Shown: positions 1 to 9,329, counted from the first letter of the stretch. The stretch is 47,060 bases of DNA from Actinomycetes bacterium (GCA_023426865.1 JAEZBT010000024.1:1-47060); one strand, 5' to 3'. The notes: generated from the letters alone by a model not told the origin. Translations and numbers: made by a program.

Positions 1-2
1 CC

Positions 3-2621
3 CCGCCGCCCCCGCCGCCGCCGCCGTCGATCTGCGAGGACTCGAACGCGACCAACCCGGGTGCTCCGCTGCCGTGCGCCTACCGCTACAACGGCGAGGC
101 CGACAACCTGCTGATCGGTACCAGTGCCGACGTGGCGCGCGAGGCGGGCTACACCGGTGAGGGCGTCCGCATCGGCGTGGCCGACGACGCCCACCAGTTC
201 ACCAGCTACGCGCCGCTGGCCGGAGTCGTCGCCTCGTATACGGACCACACCGGTGAGGGTGGCGCGCCGGAGCCCGATAGCAACGCCAAGCGTGGCCACG
301 GCACGATGGTCTCGGCGACGATCGCAGGTCAGGCCGGTGACGGCTTTAGCGGCGGCGTCGCCCCGGATGCCTCGATCTACTGGGGTCGCGTGTGCGCCAA
401 GGACGCCTGCGACAACATCTCGACCCGCGCAGCCATGACCGGCTTTGCCGAGAACGGCGTCTCAGTGGTCAATTTCTCGATTGGCCAGGTCGAGACGGAC
501 CCGGACCGACTCGCATATCAGGTTGGCCAGTGGGCCTATGCGTTCGCCCCTGCGGTCGACGCCGGTGCTCTCATCGTAGTGGCCACCGGCAACGAAGCCC
601 ATTCCAACGCCGGCGTGACGTCGCTTGTGCCGAGTGTGCTCCCTGAGCAGGCGGGCAGCTTCCTTGCCGTCAGCGCCGTGGACCTCGACGCAAAGGGCGA
701 AGCGAGCGGGCTGGCCAGCTACGCAAACGCCTGCGGTGATGCCGCCGCGTGGTGTATGGTCGCTCCGAGCCTGTTCCAGGTCCCGGCGCTGAACGGCACC
801 ATGTACGAGGGCCGCATCGCGGGCACCTCGTTCTCGGCCGCCTCCGTCACCGGCGTGGCTGCGTTGGTCAAGGAAGCCTACCCGTGGTTCTCGGCGTCCA
901 ACCTGCAGCAGACCTTGCTGACCACCGCCCGTGACCTGGGCGAGGCCGGCGTGGACTCCACCTATGGCTGGGGTCTGGTGGACGCTGGCGCAGCGGTCAA
1001 GGGGCCGGGCCAGTTTATCGGCCTGTTCGACGCAGCGGTGGAGGGGGATTCCACCTTCTCCAACACCATCACCGGCACCGGTGGCCTGCGGAAGTCCGGC
1101 ACGGGCACGCTGACGCTGGCCGGTGCCAACCAGTACACCGGCCTGACCGAAGTCACCGAAGGCTTCCTCGGCCTGCAGGGCGACCTGCGCGGCGACCTGA
1201 CCCTGAGCGGTTCTGGCGGGCTGCTGGCGCTGGGTGGTGTCGTGGGTGGAAGCTTCGTCGCCGGCGAAGGCACCACCACGGCCGTGACCATCGGCAATCC
1301 GCTGGCCATCACCGGAAAGGCAACGCTGGATGGCTCGCTGCTGCTGAAGGCTCCGGCCTCCACCTACACCGTGGGCGCGACCGAGCGCGTCCTGACTGCT
1401 GGCCAGGTGGCGGGCACCTTCGATGCGGTCGCGGCGGCCAACGACTTCTTCTACACCGCGAGCCTGAGCTACACCGGCGACACCGTCACCGCTAACCTCA
1501 CGCGCGCCTCGGCGGCCAGCGCGGCCACCGCGAGCGTGCAGCTGGCGTCCGTACAGGACGGTGCGCGTCAGGCCGACGCTCTCGTGGCCGCACTGGACGA
1601 CCGCGTGCTGTCCGGGCGCACGGAGGGACTGGATCGCATCATCGCCTCGACCGCCTCGCTGCTGGCCGCCGACAACGCCACCGTGGCCGCCGCGCTGCCG
1701 CTGCTGACCGGGCAGATTCATGGCGTGGAGCGCACCATCGGCGTCCAGACCGCGCTGAACGATGCACGCGAGGCTGCCGACCGCCTGCCGTTCCTGGCCG
1801 AGACGTTCGCCCCCACCTTCTGGGTGGCCGGCAACGCGACCAATGGTTCGACCAGCCGCACCGGCTATGCCTCGGCCGACTACGACCAGGATTCGGTGTC
1901 GGTGGGCGTGGACCTGCCAGTGGCCGATACCACTGTCGTTGGCGCGGCGCTGAGCAAGGGTCGGGTGCGTGGCTCCATCGGTGCGGAAGGCGCGCGGTTC
2001 GACGCCGACAGCTTCGGCGTCACCGGCTACCTGTTCCAGCCGCTGTCCCGCGACGCCTATGTGTCGGCGGTGGTGGGCTACGGCACCAGCGAAGTGGAGT
2101 CGGATCGAATCGTGGCGTTCGGCAACGGCTACGAGGCCGTGGCATGCAACCGCGACGATTCGGCGTGGACCGCGCGTGTGGAAGCCGGCGCCCGGCTTGG
2201 CAATGGCATCAGCCCGTTCGTCGCGGTCGGCATGGTCAGCCAGAAGCAGGATGCCTTTGCCGAGCAGGCCGAGTCTGGCCTGGGCCTGTCGGCCGGCAGC
2301 GACACCCTGACCGCCAGCTACGCCGATCTTGGCCTGCGCCACCGCGTCGTGAGCGGCAAGTGGATGTTCGATAGCCAGTTGGCCTATCGCAACGTGTTCT
2401 CCGGTCGCAACACCGACTTCAAGGCGTGGTTCACCGGCCTGCGCGAAGCCGAGTTCACCGTGGCTGGCCAGCCGCTTTCCCGCGAGGCGGTGCGTGTGAC
2501 CTTTGGCGGCGGCTACAACCTGACCCCGGCGGTCACCCTGTACGGCAACGTCAATGCGGAGCGCGCCGGCAGCGTTGACTCGGCCGCCGCCGTGAACCTG
2601 GGCCTGCGCTGGAAGTTCTAA
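3..2621 (+). CDS. Autotransporter subtilisin-like (S8) serine protease, 5' truncated by the window edge
   Basis: The frame is open from base 3 (PPPPPPPPSICEDSN...). Catalytic motifs GVADD, GHGTMVS and GTSFSA are present, then a passenger repeat GGLRKSGTGTLTLAGANQYTG and a C-terminal beta-barrel ending LGLRWKF. Confidence 0.93.
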   Translation, partial: PPPPPPPPSICEDSNATNPGAPLPCAYRYNGEADNLLIGTSADVAREAGYTGEGVRIGVADDAHQFTSYAPLAGVVASYTDHTGEGGAPEPDSNAKRGHGTMVSATIAGQAGDGFSGGVAPDASIYWGRVCAKDACDNISTRAAMTGFAENGVSVVNFSIGQVETDPDRLAYQVGQWAYAFAPAVDAGALIVVATGNEAHSNAGVTSLVPSVLPEQAGSFLAVSAVDLDAKGEASGLASYANACGDAAAWCMVAPSLFQVPALNGTMYEGRIAGTSFSAASVTGVAALVKEAYPWFSASNLQQTLLTTARDLGEAGVDSTYGWGLVDAGAAVKGPGQFIGLFDAAVEGDSTFSNTITGTGGLRKSGTGTLTLAGANQYTGLTEVTEGFLGLQGDLRGDLTLSGSGGLLALGGVVGGSFVAGEGTTTAVTIGNPLAITGKATLDGSLLLKAPASTYTVGATERVLTAGQVAGTFDAVAAANDFFYTASLSYTGDTVTANLTRASAASAATASVQLASVQDGARQADALVAALDDRVLSGRTEGLDRIIASTASLLAADNATVAAALPLLTGQIHGVERTIGVQTALNDAREAADRLPFLAETFAPTFWVAGNATNGSTSRTGYASADYDQDSVSVGVDLPVADTTVVGAALSKGRVRGSIGAEGARFDADSFGVTGYLFQPLSRDAYVSAVVGYGTSEVESDRIVAFGNGYEAVACNRDDSAWTARVEAGARLGNGISPFVAVGMVSQKQDAFAEQAESGLGLSAGSDTLTASYADLGLRHRVVSGKWMFDSQLAYRNVFSGRNTDFKAWFTGLREAEFTVAGQPLSREAVRVTFGGGYNLTPAVTLYGNVNAERAGSVDSAAAVNLGLRWKF

Positions 2622-2646
2622 GGAGCGTCGAGGATAGAACGGAGAC

Positions 2647-2676
2647 AAGCCCCGCCAAGTGCGGGGCTTTTCTTTT
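2647..2676 (+). terminator. Intrinsic terminator
   Basis: AAGCCCCGC-caagt-GCGGGGCTT followed by TTCTTTT. Confidence 0.85.
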
Positions 2677-2693
2677 CGCCCTCCGCCTCCTTC

Positions 2694-2753
2694 CAACCCC
2701 CCTCGCAAACGGCCGGGATACGACCACGGAACGGCCTGCACACGCCCTATCTT
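2694..2753 (+). promoter_or_regulatory. Variant regulon box (CAACC-N17-GGATA) with -10 TATCTT
   Basis: One mismatch to YAACY-N17-RGTTR. The -10 at 2748-2753 is at the same offset as in the other copies, and a GTG start follows at 2761. Confidence 0.6.
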
Positions 2754-2760
2754 CCCCTGC

Positions 2761-3177
2761 GTGAAGTCATCGCCCTCCTCCATCGCTCTCGCCGCCCTGC
2801 TCCTTGTCGCCGGGACGTCCGGCGCGGCCGACTTTGTTCCAGCCGACCAGGCATTCGCGTTCCATCTGGCCCGGCAAGGGAGCAGCTACGCGGTGGTGGC
2901 CAACGTCCGCCCTGGCTTCGCTCTCTACGCCGACAAGCTGACGATTCACGGCGAAGGAACCGGCCCCATCGAAGCTGCGCTTCCGCCGGCTGACGTGATC
3001 GATGACCCGGCTGAGGGCACTACCCGCGTGTACCTCACGCCGGTGGCCGTCCCACTGCGATTCCTTACGCCGACCGGACGACCGTCAGCGGGCGCGATCT
3101 TGGTGCGATACCAGGGCTGCCAGATCGATCAGGTCTGCTATCCGCCACGGACCGTGGCCCTGAACGTGTGGGGCTGA
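2761..3177 (+). CDS. Secreted stand-alone DsbD N-terminal domain protein
   Basis: Signal peptide, FVPADQAF, PGFALYADKL and YQGCQIDQVCYPP (the nDsbD YQGC-x5-CYPP redox motif). Start reassigned to GTG 2761. Confidence 0.8.
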   Translation: MKSSPSSIALAALLLVAGTSGAADFVPADQAFAFHLARQGSSYAVVANVRPGFALYADKLTIHGEGTGPIEAALPPADVIDDPAEGTTRVYLTPVAVPLRFLTPTGRPSAGAILVRYQGCQIDQVCYPPRTVALNVWG

Positions 3178-3443
3178 CCGTGCGGAATCTCCTCGTCCGT
3201 CCAGGACAGTGGTATCGCGCGGGCGGCAAAGGGCCACAGAAGCGCCGAGTGGTTGCGATCGGCCCCGAGCACCGGCCGCGCACGGAGGAGCTGGGTACGC
3301 CGTCGAACGACGCGCTCGGAGTCCTGTTTGTCCATCCAAATGGTTCGCAAGGCCGAACCACGCTGAGCCAGTTCCAACGCTGGGCAGCCTTACCGCTGCC
3401 TCCCGAGTTCAACCACCCCGCGCGGCACCGCCGCACCCGATAA
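3168..3443 (+). CDS. Hypothetical protein
   Basis: 91-aa ORF that overlaps the upstream stop and fills the gap to the next gene. Confidence 0.45.
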   Translation: MGLTVRNLLVRPGQWYRAGGKGPQKRRVVAIGPEHRPRTEELGTPSNDALGVLFVHPNGSQGRTTLSQFQRWAALPLPPEFNHPARHRRTR

Positions 3444-3457
3444 AGGAAGTTTGTCTG

Positions 3458-4144
3458 ATGAAGCACCTCGTCCTCTCCGCACTCGCCGCTGGCTGCATCT
3501 TCGCAAGCACCGCCGGCGACGCCGACGCAACACAGTTCAACTACGACTACCTGGACGTCCGCCTTGGACAGGTAGACATCAAGGACGCCAGTGAGAAGCT
3601 GGATGCCGTGGAAGTCGAGTTCTCGGCACGCCCCGTCCAGTCCCTGCTGCTGAAGGGCGGCATCACCTTCGGCGAACTGGGCGAAGGCGACCTGGACGTC
3701 TCCGCTCGTACTGCCTACATCGGCCTGGGCACCGTCGTGCCGGTCCACCAGAAGGTGGACATCATCGGCAGCACAGCCTATCGCTGGACCAGCCTGAACC
3801 TGGACTACGACGACAGCGATGTGGCCCTGAAGGGTAAGGCCAACGTGGACTCGTGGTCGACTGAGTTCGGGATCCGCAGCAATCCCGTTGCCAAGCTGGA
3901 TCTGGAGCTGTCGGTCGGCTATGAGCGCTTCCTCGAAGCCGAGCTGCGCAACGTGCGTGCCAGCATTGGCGACCAGGCCGAGTCGATCGATCGCGTGGAC
4001 ATCAGCGATGAGCTGGACTCCAGCGACACCTTCTTCCGCCTCGGCGCCCGATACCCGATCTCGCGCACCTGGGACGCCTCCTTCAGTACCGTCCGCTACA
4101 GCGACTTCAACATTTACTCCATCGGCGTGCGCGCGAACTTCTGA
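3458..4144 (+). CDS. Outer-membrane beta-barrel protein (Ax21/Omp1X-like)
   Basis: AAGGAAG RBS, signal peptide MKHLVLSALAAG, mature start FNYDYLD, alternating beta-strands, C-terminal Phe (GVRANF). Confidence 0.75.
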   Translation: MKHLVLSALAAGCIFASTAGDADATQFNYDYLDVRLGQVDIKDASEKLDAVEVEFSARPVQSLLLKGGITFGELGEGDLDVSARTAYIGLGTVVPVHQKVDIIGSTAYRWTSLNLDYDDSDVALKGKANVDSWSTEFGIRSNPVAKLDLELSVGYERFLEAELRNVRASIGDQAESIDRVDISDELDSSDTFFRLGARYPISRTWDASFSTVRYSDFNIYSIGVRANF

Positions 4145-4171
4145 TCGCCAACCCGCCGCCAGCTGCAAGAG

Positions 4172-4205
4172 AAGAAGCCGGGCCCTGCCCGGCTTCTTTG
4201 TTCTT
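4172..4205 (+). terminator. Intrinsic terminator
   Basis: AAGAAGCCGGGC-cct-GCCCGGCTTCTT followed by TGTTCTT. Confidence 0.8.
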
Positions 4206-4240
4206 CGAGAACCGGGCCAGCCCTGGTGCATGATAAGCAC

Positions 4241-4471
4241 ATGCACCTACCCGCCTCCGCATCCGTCCTTGCCGTGCTTCTGGCCTCTTGTGCTTCCTCA
4301 CCGCCACTCGGTCCGTTGACCGCACCGGATGAGGTCGTCACCGCGAGCACGCAGGGATTCCCGGCTGAGTGGCTGGAGGATCCGGCGCCTCACCAGATCC
4401 CAATGCGTTGCCACGCGAACGACAGTTGCTCTCGCAAGGCGGAGGAGGCCGCGGAGCCCGAGTCTCCCTGA
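4241..4471 (+). CDS. Small putative lipoprotein
   Basis: Hydrophobic stretch ending in lipobox LLASC; 76 aa. Confidence 0.5.
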   Translation: MHLPASASVLAVLLASCASSPPLGPLTAPDEVVTASTQGFPAEWLEDPAPHQIPMRCHANDSCSRKAEEAAEPESP

Positions 4472-4668
4472 GTGCGCCACGGGGGGTCTCCTCGCTTCTT
4501 GCTGACCCACAGCTGACCGCTCGGCGCCCAGGAGCATCGCGGACGGTCGCTGGGCAGCGACCATACCGGTCTGCCAGTCAGCATCCGCGTCGATGGCGCA
4601 GAGGAGTCGATCATGCATTACCGACGCATGTGCGTCCCTAGCGACAGCGCCGCCGCGGCGTTGCCGCC

Positions 4669-5508
4669 ATGAGGTCTCAAGCGATGCGGCACATGGAGCC
4701 CATTAACGGCCACACCCTGGTCACCTTGCTGGACGACGCGGGCCTGATCCCTGAGACCCTGGATCGGCGGGACCTGCACGCACGCGTGGCAATCCAGGTG
4801 GCATTTCAGCCCATCTTTGACTCTGCTGGCGAGTATGTTGCTGCAGAAGCGCTGGCGCGCATTTCCGTCGATGGCCACCAGCTTCCAGCTCGGGCAGTGA
4901 TCCGGCAGTGCCGGGAGATGGACCTGCTCCCCAGCTTCAGCAGCCGCGTTCACCAGTTGGCAATCGCCACCTTCGCCCAGTACCGGGAAGCTGGCTCGGC
5001 CCCACCCCTGCTTTGCCTGAACGCCTCGCATGAGGAGCTTGTGCTAGACAGCTTCCCCGTGAATCTGCTGCGCATGATCGACCGGGCCAGCGTGCCAGGC
5101 TCGTCGATCGTGCTCGAGGTGACCGAGGACAGCCCGCGCCCACAATGGACAGAGGTGGTCACCAGCCTGTCGGCCCTGCGGGTGAATGGGGTTACCGTTG
5201 CGCTGGACGACTTCGGCGCCGGCAGCAGCGGCCTGCTGGCACTCCGGCACGTGCAACCTCACTGGGTGAAGCTGGACAAGGGCTTCATGCCGTCCTTGCA
5301 GCCAGGCGACGTGATGCTGCGCAGCATCATCGATATGAGTCACCGGATGGGAATGAAGGTGGTCGCCGAGGGTGTCGAGCAGTTGGGCGAGGCCCAGGTG
5401 CTGCTGGGTCTGGGTTGCGACATGCTGCAGGGGCACCTGCTGGGTCGACCGGGCCTGTTGGCCGATCGTACGCAGTCCACCGTCGACTGCAGCCGGCGTG
5501 GTCGCTGA
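4669..5508 (+). CDS. Stand-alone EAL domain c-di-GMP phosphodiesterase
   Basis: FQPIF, AEALAR, CLNAS, LEVTE, LDDFGAG, VKLDK, VAEGVE and LQG motifs are all present. The start may be 4684. Confidence 0.9.
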   Translation: MRSQAMRHMEPINGHTLVTLLDDAGLIPETLDRRDLHARVAIQVAFQPIFDSAGEYVAAEALARISVDGHQLPARAVIRQCREMDLLPSFSSRVHQLAIATFAQYREAGSAPPLLCLNASHEELVLDSFPVNLLRMIDRASVPGSSIVLEVTEDSPRPQWTEVVTSLSALRVNGVTVALDDFGAGSSGLLALRHVQPHWVKLDKGFMPSLQPGDVMLRSIIDMSHRMGMKVVAEGVEQLGEAQVLLGLGCDMLQGHLLGRPGLLADRTQSTVDCSRRGR

Positions 5509-5568
5509 GAACCCATAACGACGAAAGGCGGCATCACTGCCGCCCTCCCCTGCCCCGCTTGCCGGTGC

Positions 5569-6066
5569 TCAATTCGCCTTTGACGGACTGTTGCGTCGGA
5601 CCAACTTGCCGGGCTTCTCCGAGATCACTACGGAATCACTGGAACGCGGTAGCGTGCCAGCGGTTTTGATGGCCAGCGAGAAAGCCGCGCGCAGTGCCTC
5701 GGAACTGACACCCTCCCTCGTCGGTTCCAGCAGGCGCACACGACGGACGACTTCGCTGAGGTAGCTCTGGGCATCCTTCGTCAAGCGGATCACCTTGCTC
5801 TCGGTGAACGCCATATTGCCCTCACCGGCGCCGACAAGCATGACCACGTCGGGTCGCTTCAGCAGATCTTCCAGGGCACGCTCGATCCATCGCGCCAGGC
5901 CGCGCTGGCCATACTTTTCCAGTGCAAGCGCTTCGACCGCTTGGCGCATCTCCGGGGGCATCCGCACAGTTGTGCTACGCAGGCTCGTGCCAGCCGCCTT
6001 CGGCGCGGCTAGAGCGGATTTCTGCGTCTTCCCGATCGCAGCCAAGTTCTTTGCAGCCGCCTTCAT
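5569..6066 (-). CDS. Putative ribbon-helix-helix DNA-binding protein, third gene of the par operon
   Basis: Overlaps the parB stop. Two strand-helix-helix-like units: TTVRMPPEMRQAVEALA...LARWIERALEDLL and KVIRLTKDAQSYLSEVV...SEALRAAFSLAI. Confidence 0.6.
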   Translation of the reverse strand: MKAAAKNLAAIGKTQKSALAAPKAAGTSLRSTTVRMPPEMRQAVEALALEKYGQRGLARWIERALEDLLKRPDVVMLVGAGEGNMAFTESKVIRLTKDAQSYLSEVVRRVRLLEPTREGVSSEALRAAFSLAIKTAGTLPRSSDSVVISEKPGKLVRRNSPSKAN

Positions 6067-7064
6067 TCCAATTCCTTCTCTATTTGCTGGAGCATCTGGG
6101 CGAAAGCCTTCTTCACCGAGGCGTAGTCCCCCCAGTCAATGTCGCTCGGCATCTGGTCGCCTAGCACCCTGGCCATTATTAGCTTCACGACGGCGGGCTT
6201 GGTGACCTTGCCGAGATTGACGGCTTGGGCCGGACGGCCGCGGTTGCGGCGCGCAGCAGCGAGCGCCTCCGGGCTCGTTGTCGTGGTCTCTGGCGGCCGG
6301 CTTTCTACGTTGGCCTCGCCAACGGCAGCCGGCGACGTGCCATCGAGTTCTGCATTGAGCCGACGCAGCAACTCCTCCTCGTCCGGCGCACCAGCGATGT
6401 ACTCAGCAACCGACAGCTTGGTGATCTTCTGCGCATTGATAGCTTCGCGGAGTATCTCCGGGCCGCGCAGAATCAACAGGAAGCGGTATGCCGTGCTTCT
6501 CGGGCAACCCACCCTTTGCAGGGCGTCCGCCGCACCCGAATCGCGTGGCGCACAACCAGCTTCCTCGAGCAGTTGCTCAATTACCACCAGGCGATCGCGG
6601 AGGTCGAGGTTCTCGCGCATCGCGTTCTCAATGAACTGCTTTGCTCGAGTCTGCTTGGCCGTCGGAGCTATAACCGCAAAGATCGTGAGCTTGCCCAGCA
6701 GCTTATGCGCCATCAGCCGTCGGTGTCCGACCAGGAGCTGAAACTGGTCGCCACGGCGCGCAACGACGACAGGCTGGAGCAGGCCGTGCGTTTGGATCGA
6801 ATCGGCCAGCCCTTGCAGGGTTTCGAGCTCGCGTGCTTTCTGCTCGTGGGCAGGGTCGTCCGCATCAATCGCGCCAGGGTTGTCCCAATCCAGCAGCATC
6901 GTGCGCGCGTTCGTCGGGTCAGGAATCACCCGATCAACCGGAATCATGTCAGAGCCGGGCGGCAGCTCGCGCCCAGGGTCAGCGATCGCACCGATGTTCT
7001 GGTTGACGCTGGTCTGCTGCGAGTACAGCGCCCTCTTCCCGAGTGCAGGTCGTGAACTGGTCAT
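6063..7064 (-). CDS. parB: ParB/RepB/Spo0J family partition protein
   Basis: LADSIQTHGLLQPVVV, GHRR box, ENAMRENL and an HTH; coupled to parA. Confidence 0.92.
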   Translation of the reverse strand: MTSSRPALGKRALYSQQTSVNQNIGAIADPGRELPPGSDMIPVDRVIPDPTNARTMLLDWDNPGAIDADDPAHEQKARELETLQGLADSIQTHGLLQPVVVARRGDQFQLLVGHRRLMAHKLLGKLTIFAVIAPTAKQTRAKQFIENAMRENLDLRDRLVVIEQLLEEAGCAPRDSGAADALQRVGCPRSTAYRFLLILRGPEILREAINAQKITKLSVAEYIAGAPDEEELLRRLNAELDGTSPAAVGEANVESRPPETTTTSPEALAAARRNRGRPAQAVNLGKVTKPAVVKLIMARVLGDQMPSDIDWGDYASVKKAFAQMLQQIEKELE

Positions 7065-7951
7065 TAGGCGAATCCGAGCTTCTTCATCACGAAGTTGATG
7101 ACGTCCTCCGCCTCAATGCGAGCAGCATCCTTCTCACTGAGGTCCAGGACGCTCTTCGGCTCCGCGGACTCATGGTCCGCTTCGGCGAACGCCGTGCGCT
7201 GGCCAAGCTTGTGCGGGATCATCAGCGTGCCGGTCACCGGGTCATTGGTGAGGGATTGCAGCAGGCCTTCATGCAAAGCGACGCCACGGCGGAACTTGTT
7301 CGGAAGGATGCCGATCAGGTTGATCAGATCAGAGGCGTCACGAAGACGGTTCTCGTACGTGAGCATCGACAACATGCCCTGCAAACCTTCCACGCCCTGC
7401 GGCTCCATCGAAGTCGGGATGAGCACGTCAGTAGCCGCGCGTATAGCGCTCATCGTCAGCGGCCCCTTCGACGGGCTCGTATCGATCACTACCAGGTCCC
7501 AGGTTTCCTCGATCTCGGGTGCGCGCAGGAAGTCACGCATCCGGTTGTGCACCTGCTGCACCACCTGCTCCTGCGTGACCATCTCCACGCGGCGCAGGCC
7601 ATCGCCCTCACCGGGAATGATTTCGAGGTTCGGGATGCGTGTCTGGTACACGTAGAGCGGATTACCGAGGAAAACATCCGCGCTGCTCGTTCGGCCGGTG
7701 AAGGCCTCATCGAACTCTGCCGGATTGGCGAGCCATTCTTCGTTGAGCGGCGGCAGAATGCCGTCAACCGAAGTGGTATCTCGGGCCATGCGCAGAAAGC
7801 GTTGGCTCATGCTGCACTGAGGGTCGAGATCGATAACCAGAACCCGCAGACCACGGCGCGCAGCACCTTCTGCCACGATGCGCGAGACCGTGGTCTTACC
7901 AGTGCCCCCTTTCTGCTGGCTAACGCTCAGTATTCGCAACTTGGCCCCCAA
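7064..7951 (-). CDS. parA: ParA family Walker-type ATPase
   Basis: QKGGTGKTT, VIDLDPQ and VVIDTSPS motifs; TTG start. Confidence 0.95.
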   Translation of the reverse strand: MGAKLRILSVSQQKGGTGKTTVSRIVAEGAARRGLRVLVIDLDPQCSMSQRFLRMARDTTSVDGILPPLNEEWLANPAEFDEAFTGRTSSADVFLGNPLYVYQTRIPNLEIIPGEGDGLRRVEMVTQEQVVQQVHNRMRDFLRAPEIEETWDLVVIDTSPSKGPLTMSAIRAATDVLIPTSMEPQGVEGLQGMLSMLTYENRLRDASDLINLIGILPNKFRRGVALHEGLLQSLTNDPVTGTLMIPHKLGQRTAFAEADHESAEPKSVLDLSEKDAARIEAEDVINFVMKKLGFA

Positions 7952-7978
7952 TCAGGTAAGGTCTACTCGGTGTGAGGG

Positions 7979-8036
7979 AGCCTACGCCCCTTGCATGCTG
8001 CGAGTCAAGCTATCATAGTGCGATGTATTCTATGAT
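7979..8036 (-). promoter_or_regulatory. Putative sigma70 promoter of parA with adjacent inverted-repeat operator
   Basis: Minus strand TTGACT (8008-8003)-N18-TAGGCT (7984-7979). Inverted repeat ATCATAG (8012-8018)-N11-CTATGAT (8030-8036). Confidence 0.55.
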
Positions 8037-8109
8037 CGTCGGACGGCGGCAGCGGGGCCCCTCGCGGAGGCCTTTTTTCGATTAATTCGGAACCGCTAAA
8101 TCCCTTTGC

Positions 8110-8156
8110 AGTCAATTCGTTAGGGGCGTTATCCACAGGCAATCCCATTTGGGACT
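8110..8156 (+). promoter_or_regulatory. IHF-like site, perfect DnaA box and TCCCA-N2-TGGGA palindrome (copy 1)
   Basis: AGTCAA-TTCG-TTA (8110-8122), TTATCCACA (8129-8137), AATCCCATTTGGGACT (8141-8156). Confidence 0.75.
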
Positions 8157-8177
8157 CTCCCTGGATCCGGATCATAT

Positions 8178-9329
8178 ATGAACGCGATGACCGTCTCTCC
8201 GTCTTGGGATCGATGCCATCAAGCCTTTAGCGAGCAGCTGGCGACGGACGACTACGAGAAATGGATCAAGCCGATCCGAGCCTTGGAAGTCGACGGCGTC
8301 TTGGTGATTTACGCCCCGAACGCATTCATCAAGGATGTCATCCAGAACGACTATCTCGCGGTGATCCGCGAGCTCGTGGATGACTCACTCCAAATCAAGG
8401 TGGCCGTGGGTGACCCGCCCAAGGCGAAACCCGCCCGGTCCGAAGGCCCCTCGCCCACTCCGCCACAAGCGGCTGGCGGGGAGCCAAGCACAAGGGCGCC
8501 CGCAGCGCCACGGCGCGCTCCACGAAATGTTCCCGTCGCACCCGTAGATGGCGTGCTTCAGGATCCCTGGCCTGATGAACTGCGTGGCCTCAGCTCGGAC
8601 CTGGCGCGCTCCGCCTTCTTTACCGCCAACCGATATGGCATTGGGGTGAAACGCCCAATGCGGGATGGCACCCTCCTCTTCTCCCAGCGCAACATCAAGA
8701 TCTGGGTGACTGGTGAGGAGGTGAATGCATTCGATGAGCTTGTGTTGACTCAGCTCATCCATTACCAGCGCCGCCTTCCTTTCGGCCAGCCGGTTTACTT
8801 CTGCCTCAGCGATCTGGCGCGTTGGCTGGGCCTGGCCACGAGCGGGTTCTCGCTGAAGAAGGTCGAGGAGAGCATAAGGCGGCTCAATAAGTGCCATATC
8901 GACCTCTCTTACGCTGATGGCAGCAAGGTGTTCCGGGGTGTGCTCATCAACACGTACGAGATGGACCTCACTCAGCCGCAGCACTTCCGGCACAAGGTCA
9001 CCTTCTCCCAGCGTGTTGTCGACCTCTTCTCTGCCCATAACGTAAGTCTTGTGGACTGGGAGCAGCGCCTGCAGCTGCGTATCGAGCTCGCACAGAAGGT
9101 GCATTCGTTCCTGTCCACCCACCGCTCGCCATTCCCAATGGGCGTCCCCTTCTACCGCGGGATCTCTGGCACCGAGAACAACCTGAAAACCCTTAAGGAT
9201 TTCCGGCGAAAGCTGCGTGAGGCACTGAACGAGCTGGTCCGCGTTGGTTTCCTTACGGAGTGGAAGATCGACCAGGACGACAAAGTCCATGTGGTCCGCG
9301 CGGAAAGGAAGCGCATCGAACGTTCGTAA
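8178..9329 (+). CDS. Replication initiator: DnaA N-terminal domain fused to a TrfA-like Rep domain
   Basis: N-terminus WDRCHQAFSEQL...YEKWIKPIRALEVDGVLVIYAPNAFIKDVIQNDYL resembles DnaA domain I. After a P/A-rich linker, PWPDELRGLSSDLARSAFF, TGEEVNAFDELVLTQLI, STHRSPFPM and FRRKLREALNELVRVGFL parallel IncP TrfA. It lies next to the iterons. Confidence 0.88.
   Translation: MNAMTVSPSWDRCHQAFSEQLATDDYEKWIKPIRALEVDGVLVIYAPNAFIKDVIQNDYLAVIRELVDDSLQIKVAVGDPPKAKPARSEGPSPTPPQAAGGEPSTRAPAAPRRAPRNVPVAPVDGVLQDPWPDELRGLSSDLARSAFFTANRYGIGVKRPMRDGTLLFSQRNIKIWVTGEEVNAFDELVLTQLIHYQRRLPFGQPVYFCLSDLARWLGLATSGFSLKKVEESIRRLNKCHIDLSYADGSKVFRGVLINTYEMDLTQPQHFRHKVTFSQRVVDLFSAHNVSLVDWEQRLQLRIELAQKVHSFLSTHRSPFPMGVPFYRGISGTENNLKTLKDFRRKLREALNELVRVGFLTEWKIDQDDKVHVVRAERKRIERS

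Noticed and set aside
462..2783. Long antisense ORFs (also 3065-4246, 20486-21469, 23693-25345, 40753-41901, 44094-45452)
   Set aside because: Shadow frames opposite well-supported genes in high-GC DNA.
8178..8420. Chromosomal dnaA / oriC
   Set aside because: There is no AAA+ domain or domain IV and no dnaN, recF or gyrB context; the remainder of the protein is TrfA-like.
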